Shown here one piece after another: positions 38,526-49,340 of a stretch of DNA of 64,000 nucleotides. A program made the translations under genes and the position numbers. The stretch's first letter is position 1. The number at the start of each line of letters is the position of its first letter. This DNA comes from Squalus acanthias (Eukaryota). Location of the stretch: assembly GCA_030390025.1 (NCBI GenBank), contig CM059431.1, positions 141,486,001 through 141,550,000 of the forward strand, written 5' to 3'. Under the pieces are notes generated by a model that was not told the origin of the DNA, searched no databases, and saw only the letters and a program-made list of their open reading frames with translations.

Positions 38526-41500
38526 AGCTATTAAAACAATAGCAAAATACTGTGGATGTTGAAATCCGAAATAACGGAAAATGCGAAGCAGGTCAGGCAG
38601 AATCCGTGGAGAGAGAAAAACGTCTTAATCTCAGTTTTGACCTTTTCAATTGACCTCCAGCCTCAACAGCTTTTTGGGGGATTGATTTCCAGATTTTTGC
38701 GACCTGTGTGAAGAAATGCTTTCCGCCATCCAAACGGAACTAGATAAGTACCTGAAAAAAATTGCAGGGCTACGGAGAAAGGGCGGGGGATTGAGCTGAA
38801 GTGCTCTTGCAGAGAGCCGGCACGGACTGGACGGGCCGAATGGCCTCCTACTGTGCTGTAACGATGATTCTATGATTCTATCACCCCTGAACGGCCTAGC
38901 TCTAAGTTGAAGTTTATGCCTCATTGTTCTGGACTCCCCCACCAGAGGAAAATTCGTTTTTCTCTATCCATCCTGTCAAATCCTTTAATCATCTTAAACA
39001 CCTCAATTAGATCACACCTTGATCTTCTATATTCAAGAGAATACAAGCCTAGTGTTTGCAACCTGTCCTCATAATTTAACCATTTTAGCTCAGGTCTCAC
39101 TCCGATGAATCTGCGCTGCATCCCCTCCAAGGCCAATATCTCTTTCCTGAGGGGCGGTGCCCAGAACTGAATAACATGTGGAACAATATTCTCTACTCAA
39201 AATGTATTGAGACAGAGGTTATCATATTTAAAAAGAAGCGTTACTAAACCATGGCAAGAGGAAGTCTTCTGAATTATATGTATAACCTACTGCTCAGAAA
39301 CAACAGGTTCCTACTCCTGGACTGCCGAATACACAGACAGGAGTTTACACTGAATGTTTCACGGTATTTCAGATATAAATTGGAGCCAAGGCCTCTTGTG
39401 CGGAGATCTGACAGATTGTTACCCTGGCAACAGAGGAAATCACTCAACGACAATAACTGAACACAGAAATAACAAAACCAACATCACTTGTTCGAAGTTT
39501 AGTTCAGAACATTAACCCTGAACATTCAGCCAGTGTTTCTAACCATGAAGCTGTGATTCCAGTACCGGATTGTACTACACCATCAGACTGCGGGTTTACT
39601 GATTCCACAGTCAGTCCCATCTGTACAGAACATTAAGCAGCGCCACATTGACAGAAATACATCAATAAAATAGTCGCATTTATTAAAATAGAAGATTTAC
39701 GTATCATTTTATCAGTTTATACTGAAATAAATCATTTAATTCAACTGCCATTGTGAAATTCAGAAATAGATTTACCGATAGAAAATAACGAAGTAAACCC
39801 AGTGTCCAGTTCAGAATTGAGAGATTATTTATTGCGAGTTGGATATGAAATATATGTGTGTGTCTGGTACTAACTTAACACGCAGTATAATATCGCTATT
39901 ATGGGGAACATAAAGGTCGGTTCTTTCTAAGTTGGTGCTGGGGGCGGGGCTCTTGGATCAAACTCCTTCCAATCTTACAATACAGCAGGTTATTCGGCCC
40001 ACATTGCTTGTGCCGGCTCTTTGAAAAGATGTCCAAACTAGTCCCACATCCCAGCTTTTTCCCCACAACCCTGCAAATTCGTTCCCCAAGTACAGGTCCA
40101 ATTGCCTTTTGAAAGTTCCCATGGAATTTGTTTACATCAGTTTTTCAGGTGGTGCATTCCAGATCTTAAACTGCTGTGTACAACAAATTCTCCTAATTTC
40201 CCCTCCAGCTCTTTTGCCAATTATTTTTAAACTGTGACCTTTCGTTAACGGCCCACTTGCCAGTGGAAACATTTCTTCCTATTTGCTCGATCAAAAACCC
40301 TCATAATCTGGAATATCTCTATTAGTTGTTCCCTTAATCTTCTCTGCTCTAAAGGCAACAATCCCAACTTCTCCGATCTCTCCACATAAGTGAAGTCCGT
40401 CATCCCTGGTATCATCCTGGTAAACCACCTCTGTACCCTCTACATGACCTTGGCATCCTTCCTAAAGTGTGGTGCCCAGAATTGTACACAATACTCCAGC
40501 CCAACCAGTGAATTGTAATGGGTTATCATTGACCTCCTTGTTTTTGTGTTCAATGCCCCATTTACAAAGCAAAATCTCCCATGCACTCTCAAATGCCATT
40601 TCAACTTATCTTCCCACCTTCAAAGATTTCTGAATCTGCACCCCCAGATCTCTCTGTTATTGTACCCCCTCAATATACTGTCAAGTCAGTTCACACTGAT
40701 CTGTATTAAATTGCATCTGCCATGTGTCTGCCCATTTTGCTAGTCAGTCTATGTCTTTCTAAAGTCTGCTACTATCCTGCTCACCATTTACAAGAGTCAA
40801 ACTTTGTATCATCAGCAAACCTCGAAGGTCCACTCCCTATACCGAAGGCCAGGACATTTAAAATAAGGAAAATCAAAGGTCCCAATTCTGACCTCTGGAT
40901 GACCCAATGCATCCTTCTCTCCAGTCAGAAAAACATCCGTTCACCACTGCTCTCTGCCTCCTATCACTCAGACAATGAGGAACCCAATTTACCACCGTCC
41001 CTTTAATACCATGCGCTTCTATTTTCTGAACAAGTTTGTTACGTGGCCTTTTATCAAATGGATTTGAAATTCCATATATACATCTACTGCACTCCCCTCA
41101 TCAACCCTCTCTGTTACTTCATTTACACTAAATCACTCACAAGATTCACTGTGACTGTGTGTTTAGAGACAGAAACTGATCTCACTTCACATTTCATTGC
41201 ACAGCCTCATGCTGGATAATTGTGCTCGGTGGTCAGACACTCCCAGTCTCATTCTCACTATTTCCTGCCTTACTGTGTAGCCTTTGTGTGCTGTCTACAG
41301 GACCAGTGTGTATCTGAGTCAATGGGACTCTCTCTGACCTTTCTCCCCCAGTCCATCTCCAGGACCAGTGTGGATCTGAGTCAATGGGACTCTCTCTGAC
41401 CTTTTTCCCCGGTCCATCTCCAGGACCAGTGTGGATCTGAGTCAATGGGACTCTTTCTGACCTTTCTCCCCAGTCCATCTCCAGGACCAGTGTGTATCTG

Positions 41501-41849
41501 AGTCAATGGGACTCTCTCTGACCTTTCTCCCCAGTCCATCTCCAGGACCAGTGTGGATCTGAGTCAATGGGACTCTCTCTGACCTTTTTCCCCGGTCCAT
41601 CTCCAGGACCAGTGTGGATCTGAGTCAATGGGACTCTCTCTCTCTCACTGACTCTGAGAGCTGAGCTGTGTCTGCAGTTCGCTGCAAACTGTAAAGTCCG
41701 GCTGTGTGGGGCGGGGAAGGAAGGAAGTGAAGCATCTTAATCAGAATATTCAACAATCACAACCGGCATTAACTGTGGCTCAGCGCGGGAATTCAGAGGG
41801 AACTGTCCCCGTGTTGGAAGGCGAGAGACAACAAGAGGATTACACACAT

Positions 41850-43330
41850 AGGAGATACAGGCGCAGTAACAGGCCAATCCGCCCAACCAATCCACGCCGG
41901 CGTTAACGCTCCACTCGAGCCTCCTCCCACCTTTCCTCATCAAAATCTATCAGCATAACCCTCTATTCCCTTCTCCCTCATATGCTTGTCTAGCCTCCCC
42001 TTAAATGCATCTATACTATTCGCTTCAACCAGTCCCTGTGGCAGCGAGTTCCACATTCTCACCACTCTTTGGGTAAGGACGTTTCTTCTGAATTTACTGT
42101 TGTTTTCTTGGTGACTATCTTATACTAATGGCCTCTAGTTATGCTCTTCCCCACAAGTGGAAACATTCTCTCTGTATCCACTCTATCAAAACCTTTTATA
42201 ATTTTAAAGACCTCTATTATATCACCCCTCAGCCTTCTTTTTCAAAAGAAAAGCAACCCAACCTATTCATCCTTTCCTGATATGTACACCCTCGCATTTC
42301 TGGTATCATCCTTGTAAATCTTCTCTGCAACCTCTCCAGTACCTCTATATCCTTTTTATAATAGGCAACCAGAACTGTGCGCAGTACTCCAAGTGTGGTC
42401 TAACCAAGGTTTGATGCAGGTTTAGCAATAAACCCTATTGCTTGGTTTGCTTTTTTATGGCCTTGATAACCTGTGTCGCAACTTTTACTGATGTGTATTT
42501 GTACTCAGAGATCCCTTTGTTCCTCTCCCCCACCTAGACTCACTCCCAAGTAATAAGTGGCCTCCCTATACTTCCTGCCAAAATGTAATACCTCACATTT
42601 ATCTGTATTGAACTTCATTTTCCAATTATATGCCAATTCTGCAAGTTTATTAATGTCCTCCTGTAATTTGTTGCAGTCCTCCTCAGTATTAACTTCCCCC
42701 ACCCCTCCAAGTTGTTGACATCAACAAATTTAGAAATTGTGTTTTTAATTCCAAATTCTAAATCGTTAATATAAATTGTGAACAGCAGTGGTCCCAGCAC
42801 TGGTCCTTGTGGAACACCACGACCCTTCTGCCACTGGGAATAGCTACCCTTTACCCCTACTCTCTGCTTTGTGTCTTGAAGCCAGCTAGCTATCCATTCT
42901 GCTACTTGTCCCCTGACTCCGCATTCTCTGACCTTGTTCATCAGTCTATTACGGGGTAGCTTTTCGAAGGCCTTTTGAAAATCTAGATAAATTACATCTG
43001 CTGCATTATCATTGTATACTATGTGTGTGACCTCTTCAAAACATTCAATGAGGTTGGTCAAGCAAGAATTTCCCTTTTGAAATCCATGCTGACTATTCAT
43101 TACTATGATTTGGTTTTTCGATGTTCTCCTTTCGTTGGGATTTCATTATTTTTCCTACCACTGATGTTAATCTGACTGGTCTATCATTCCCTGGACATGT
43201 TCTATCCCCCTTCTTAAATATAGGTATTACGTTAGCTATTTGCCTGGCACCACATCTTTTTTCTAACGAATTATTAAATATGTGTATAAAGAGGGAGGAG
43301 AAGCGATCAGCAATTAACCTGTTTCCCTTT
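41850..43330 (-). mobile_element. CR1 RT/3' fragment
   Basis: NVIPIFKKGDR, SQHGFQKG.SCLTNL, YLDFQKAF, GVPQGPVLGPLLF. Confidence 0.9.
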
Positions 43331-43332
43331 CG

Positions 43333-43810
43333 GCACCAGTAAATGGGGGGGGAATTGGGGGAGGGCGCACCAGTAAATGGGGGGGGAATTGGGGGAGGGC
43401 GCACCAGTAAATGGGGGGGGAATTGGAGGAGGGCGCACCAGTAAATGGGGGGGGAATTGGGGGAGGGCGCACCAGTAAATGGGGGGGGAATTGGGGGAGG
43501 GCGCACCAGTAAATGGGGGGGGGAATTGGGGGAGGGCGCACCAGTAAATGGGGGGGGGGGGAATTGGGGGAGGGCGCACCAGTAAATGGGGGGGGGAATT
43601 GGGGGAGGGCGCACCAGTAAATGGGGGGGGAATTGGGGGAGGGCGCACCAGTAAATGGGGGGGCGGAATTGGGGTAGGGCACCAGTAAATGGGGGGAATT
43701 GGGAGAGCGCACCAGTAAATGGGGGGGAATTGGGAGAGCGCACCAGTAAATGGGGAGAATTGGGAGAGCGCACCAGTAAATGGGGGAATTGGGGGAGGGC
43801 ACCAATAAAT
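43333..43810 (+). repeat. ~33-bp G-run minisatellite (GCACCAGTAAATG7-11AATTG5AGGGC)n
   Basis: About 14 units with variable G-run length. Confidence 0.95.
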
Positions 43811-44019
43811 GGTCTCCTTCTCCAGATAATAGGGTGCGGGATGATCTGATAGAGATCTTTAAAATTATGAAGTGGTTCGTCTGGGTCGTTAAAGAAGACT
43901 TTCCACTTGTGGAGGTGTCCAGATTTAGGGGCCATAATTATGAGTCTAATAAATGCAATAGGGAACTCACCCGATACTTTACCGAGACAGTAGTTAGGAT
44001 TTGAAACTCTCCCCTACAT

Positions 44020-44270
44020 GGTGTGTGTGGCGCACTGATCCGCAAACTCTCCGCACCAACCCCGCCCGCGCAGTCTCTGATTCGGATCCGGTTCCCGATA
44101 TATCCACGCGGCCCGGCTCCATCAGCCGCTCATCAGCCCGCTTTCCAGCGGCCCCCGTCACTCGGCCATTTTGGTTCAACTGAATATTACTGGAACCTGC
44201 GCGTCATCCGGGGGTTGGGGGTCAATATCGAGCATGCGCACTGCGGCCACTGCGCAAGTTGGCTCCAGAA
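44020..44270. promoter_or_regulatory. CpG-rich promoter-like segment
   Basis: GC box CCCCGCCC, YY1-like GCCATTTTG (~44165), NRF1-like GCATGCGCA (~44232). Confidence 0.45.
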
Positions 44271-45306
44271 ATTTATGAGAAGTCGCACAACACCAGGTTA
44301 TAGCCTCAGCAGCCAGGAGAAGGGGAAGGAGAGTGAGGAGCAGCAGCAGCAGCAGCAGCAGCAGAGTGGTGGTCTCTGTGACCAGGAAGAGGAGAAGGAG
44401 ACCAGACAGCAGACCACCACCAACAACCAACAACCACTACAACTGAGGTGCCTGGAGAGAGAGGACAGGAGAGGAGAAAGAAAAGAAAGGAAGGCCAAGG
44501 CCAATAACACCAGAGGAGAGGCCTTTCCATCACTGCCTCCTCAATTGGCCTCCATTTTAGGAGAGGGAGAGAGGGGAGAAAACATCACAACATCCATCAT
44601 CTGTTTGGAAGGAGGAAGGAAGGAAAGAACAGCTACAGGTGGGTGTGATTCTGGTGCACTCTCCCAGAGACTTTGTTTTGTAGGTGGGGGGAGGAAAGAA
44701 GAAAAGAAGAAGGCCGGAACATCCAAGGGGTGTGTGTGTGGCTTCTGTAAAAGCTAGGCCGCACACACCACTAATAAACACCCCTTCCCATTGCCTGGCC
44801 TGGGACAGCTGGAGCTGCCTAGGTGAAGTCCCCAATTCAACAAACATCTAATTGGGCATCGTTAAGACCTGGTGCAGGACTGAGCCTGGGCATCTCCAGC
44901 TTTCCCAGGTGAAGACATCTTCTCCCCCCACCAGAAGACCACCACCAAAGACTTTTATTTACATCGGAGAGTGCACCACCCCCTGCCAACACCCACCCAC
45001 CCACCATCCTGAGTGGCGACCCTGCCCTTGCGGCTTCCCTCCTTCCCACCCCCTCTCTCTCTCTCTTTGTCTCTTGTCTCTCTCTGCCTCTCTCTCTAAG
45101 AGGCACCTCAAATTACTTTTAATTAAGTACCCATTGAGCAGAGGGGAGAAGGCCCCTCTCCCAATTCAATCATATAAAGGGAGAGGTGTGCCTTCAATTT
45201 AAGAGCTCCCTCTGCTCAGGGGAAAACAAAAACAAAAAACCAGAGGCCATTAACACCTTCAGGCCTGTGACTTGGGGTGAGTGTAGCCCTTAAAGACCCG
45301 TCCATT

Positions 45307-47467
45307 ATGGCGAGCACATCTTCGTCGGTGGCGGGGGCAGCGAGGGCATATGCGAGCGTGGCAGCCGCGGCCACGGCCGCAGCCACGAGTCCTCCTGTTA
45401 CCCCGTCACCTTTTACCCTCCTTACGAGGAAGAATGGGGTCAAGAGCTACACTCACCCCAATATGACAATAGAGGCGTGCGTAAAAGCCATGGCTGGGGT
45501 TGTCGGTCCTTCAGCCATCGTCGCCGCCTCTAAAATGTATGGCAAGGCTGTGTTCTTCCTGGGGTCGGAGCGGGCGGTGTCCCTGGCCATCGAGAAGGGG
45601 CTCACCGTGGGCGGGACCTTCCTGCCGGTGGATCCCCTTGAGGCCACCACGCAGAGGATTGTTGTTTCCAACGTCCCGCCCTTTGTTCCGGGTGAGCTCC
45701 TCCTCCCCCACCTACGTCAACTGGGGGAGGTGAGGTCGGGGATCACACCCATCCCGCTCGGCTTCCGGGAAGCCAGCCTTCGGCACGTTTTCTCCTTCTG
45801 GCGCCAGCTTTTCGTCCGGCTAGCGCGGGAGGAGGACGCGGACGGTGCGTTCACGGTGCTCCACGGGGGGACCGCCCACCGCGTCTTCTGGACCTCGGAC
45901 GGCGTGCGGTGCTACGCCTGTAAGGAGGTGGGGCACGTCCGCAAAAACTGCCCCGCCTCCAAGGCCGCCACGACACCTAGCACGGCCAGGGCTGGCGCCG
46001 CCGCCCCCCCTCCCCCTGATACTGTCCGCGCGTCGAAGACGATGGATGCGCGGTCGAAATCGGAGGCCAACACCATCACGGCCTCCGGCGGGGGGGAGGG
46101 AGAGCGTCCGAGGGGAAAGAAGGCGCTTAGAAAGACGAAACACCTAAGGGCGGATCCCCTCGTGGAGGAAACATCCGATTTGACCGAACTCACGCCCGAG
46201 TACATCGCGGAGTTGATCGGAAAGCGTGAGACTGGGGGGGTCCTCGTGCCCGGGCCCGTGACCGTGACCGCAACTGCCAAGGCAGCTAAATCAAGACCTG
46301 CGGCCGGGCTCGGGCCCGAGGGGCCGAAGAAACCCAGTCATCGGAAGGGGGCAGAGAGGGAGGCCCCAGCAGACATGGAGGCCTCCCCCTCTCCGGGCCC
46401 CAATATGTTAAAAAGGAAGCTCGATACCCAGGAGGAGGACTGCGAGGAGGAAGGTCCCTCCGCAGAAGGGGAGTCGTCGCCCGCCGCGGGTACTGCGCCC
46501 CACCCAACCACCGTCATCGTGGTGCGCGAGCGGCAGGGGTCGCCTGTCCCTCGGGAGGGTGAGACAGCCGAGTCTGTCCGACCTGTGCCTCCGGGGGATG
46601 GGGAAGAGACCCTGCCCGTGGGGGGGGGGGGGGCGCGGAACAACCCGCGGATATTAATAAAAATCCAGAACCGTTGCTCCTCGCCGGGTCGGGCGTCCTG
46701 GGGACTGGGGCGGGCGAGGCCAAAGAGGCTGAAGCTGAGCCCGCCTTTTACAACCCAGATATCTCCCAGGGACTGCTCGACCTGGTGGAGGAGTACAACA
46801 ATCCCCAGCCCGCTGGGTCGGAGGTTGGTGGCGGGGAGACAGAAAGCCCCCTGGCTCCGTCTCTGATGTTGGCGCCGGACGTACTGGAGGACTTTGAAAT
46901 TATTTTCTCCCCGGTTTCTCCGGTCGCTCCGGCGCCTGAGGCGGGGGGGGGCGCCCCGAACCGCCGCCGCATCCCGGCCCTGCGCCCCTGAAGGAGCCCA
47001 GGGTGGACTCCACTGCCACCGATCCTGGGGGTGGGATCGTGACGGAGGCGGGGCCGGCCGGTGCGGCCGAGCCGTTCGCTGCACCCCGTGCGACGGACGG
47101 GTTGGCCGCCGGTGACGACCTCCCGGAGGAGGACGGGGACTCGGTGTTGGGCACCGAGGATGATTTGGAGTCCATCGGCAGCGAGGCGATGGACGCCCTC
47201 GTGCCCTTCACCGACTCTCCCCTCATCCCCGTAGGGGAACTCTGGGATTTTATGGCCACGAGCCAGGGTCGTCACAAGAAGATCCGGCTGGCCCTCGACA
47301 AGTGGTCGGAGCTGGCGCTGCTCGTCATGTCCGTCCGCGCCGCCATTAAAATCATGGGCGCGGACAAGGACGTTGGCCGGCTCGAGCTGCGTCAGCTCAA
47401 GACGTTCCACACTGGGCTGCTGCGGGAGTGGCGGTCGTCAGTGACCGCGCTCCCTCCCCCCCGTTAG
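45307..47467 (+). pseudogene. Tx1 ORF1 (gag-like, zinc knuckle), frameshifted at G homopolymers
   Basis: VGPSAIVAASKMYGKAVFFL..RIVVSNVPPFV..CYACKEVGHVRKNC (CX2CX4HX4C); frame changes near 46620 and 46945; TAG at 47465-47467. Confidence 0.85.
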
Positions 47468-47492
47468 GTAGAAGTTGCACTACGCTTCTGAG

Positions 47493-49340
47493 ATGAAGAT
47501 AACCATAGCCAGCCTCAACATCAACGGCAGCAGGGAGGCGCGCCGTAGATTCAATAACTTCTCGGTCCTTCGGGACGGGAAATATGCCGTGTGCTTCCTG
47601 CAAGAAACCCACACCGTTCCGGGAGACGAGGCCACGTGGCTCCTGGAGTGGCAAGGAGGGGTCAGCATGAGTCACCTCTCCAACAATTCCTGCGGGGTGG
47701 CTGTCTTGCTGGCCCCGCATTTTCAGCCGAAGATCTTGAGGGTCAAGGAGCACGTGCAGGGCCGCTTGCTCCAGGTCACTGTTTGCCTGGGAGGCGTGCC
47801 GCTCCATTTAGTGAACGTGTACGCCCCCCGGACCGGTGCGCAGCAAGTGCGCTTCTTCGGAGAAGTGTCCGCTCTTCTGGGCTCCATCGACGTGGGCGAG
47901 TGCGTCATCCTCGGGGGGGATTTCAATTGTACCCTCGAGGCGCGGGACCGGTCGGGTCCCCCGCGAAGCCCGGCGGTGATGGAGAAGTTGCGGGACCTGG
48001 TCGGGTCCTTCGACTTGGTGGACGTCTGGTGAAATCTCCATCCCGACTCCAGCGCCTTCACGAGCGTGAGGTCTGGAGGAGGAAGGTCCAGAATCGACCG
48101 CCTTTACATTTCCCGGGCGTACGTCTCCTGCATTCCGGCGGCTTCCATGCGGCCGGTGCTGTGCACGGACCACCACCTGGTGTGGGCGGAGCTCGCTCCG
48201 CTGCGCGCGCGGAGTGGGGGTCCGCGTACTGGCATTTTAACAACCTGCTGCTGGAGTACGCACGGTACCGGGATTCGTTTCGCCGGTTCTGGGCCGACTG
48301 GAGAAGGAAGCGGGGAGGCTTCCCCTCCTTGAGGCTATGGTGGGACGTGGGCAAGGCTCACGTCCGCGTCTTCTGTCAGGAGTACGCGAAGGGGTCGACC
48401 AAGAGGCGGGAGGTTCGGGTCGGGCGATTGGAGAAAGAAGTGCTCGTCCTGGAGTCCCGTCTCGGTCAGGTCGTCGAGGACCCGGCCCTGCGGAAGGTGT
48501 ACGAAGAGAAGAAGGGCGCGCTGAAGGACCTGCAGCTGGTCGGGTCCCGAGGCGCATACGTGAGGTTGCGGATCCAGTTCCTGCGGGACGTGGACCGCGG
48601 CTCCCCCTTCTTCTACTCGCTGGAAAAAAGACGGTGGGTCCGTAAGCAGCTCTTGGGGCTGCTGGCCGACGACGGATCTCTGGTCTCGGATCCGGAGGGC
48701 ATCAGCGCGGAGGCCCGGGCCTATTACGGGGCTCTGTTCTCTTCGGATCCGTCCAGCGAGGATGCGCGCAGAGTTTTGTGGGAGGACCTGCCGAAGGTCG
48801 GCCCGGAGGGCGCCGAGAATTTAGAAGCTCCGCTAAGCCTGGCGGAGCTGACCGGCGCCCTGCGCCAGCTCTCGAGAGGCAAGTCCCCGGGGCTGGACGG
48901 GCTGACCGTGGAGTTCCACAGGGCGTTCTGGGACGTCTTGGGGGACGACTACGCGCGGGTCCTGGGGGAAAGTCTGGCGACCGGGGAGATGCCCCTCTCT
49001 TGGCGCAGGGCGGTCATCGTCCTGCTGCCCAAGAAGGGCGATTTCCGCCTACTTAAGAACTGGCGTCCGGTCTCCCTCCTCAGCACGGACTACAACATTT
49101 TCGCCAGGGCTATGTCTGCTCGCCTTGGCACCGTGCTGGCCCACATGATCCACCCCGACCAGTCCTACATGGTCCCGGGCCGGAGTATCCACGATAACAT
49201 CCATCTGGTCCGGGATCTGGTCCACCATTCCCAGAGGGCTGGTCTGTCGGTCGCCTTCCTTTCCCTAGATCAGGAGAAGGCGTTCGACAGGGTGGATCAC
49301 GAGTATCTTTTCGGGACTCTGCGCGCATTCGGGACATCTC
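47493..49340 (+). pseudogene. Tx1 ORF2 (APE endonuclease + N-terminal RT), disrupted
   Basis: MKITIASLNING, FLQETH, VNVYAP, LGGDFN, SRIDRLY, TDHH; W.FNNLLL, KSPGLDGLTVEF, NWRPVSLL, SLDQEKAFDRVDH; in-frame TGA at 48030 and frameshift at ~48210. Confidence 0.92.

Larger units (their letters stand above)
25711..41640. repeat. Tandem segmental duplication, three units (~25711-30030, ~32313-35700, ~35700-41300) each bounded by 61-bp arrays
   Basis: Same order of exon, CpG island, CR1 3' ends, conserved block and CR1 fragment; near-identical ORF-track translations (e.g. 26139/33341/36321; 28538/34146; 27479/38921). Confidence 0.93.
44304..49340 (+). mobile_element. Tx1-clade non-LTR retrotransposon with a long 5' leader, truncated at the 3' end within RT
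   Basis: GC-rich; ~1-kb 5' leader with (CAG)n, then ORF1 and ORF2; ends abruptly at the 40-bp array. Confidence 0.9.

Noticed and set aside
43093..43935. Proline-rich ORFs of 113-280 aa
   Set aside because: Translations of the C-rich strand of the 33-bp minisatellite fused to CR1 remnants.
44023..44757. 244-aa ORF with poly-Q
   Set aside because: Crosses a CpG segment, a PLE arm and the purine-rich Tx1 leader; no recognisable domain.
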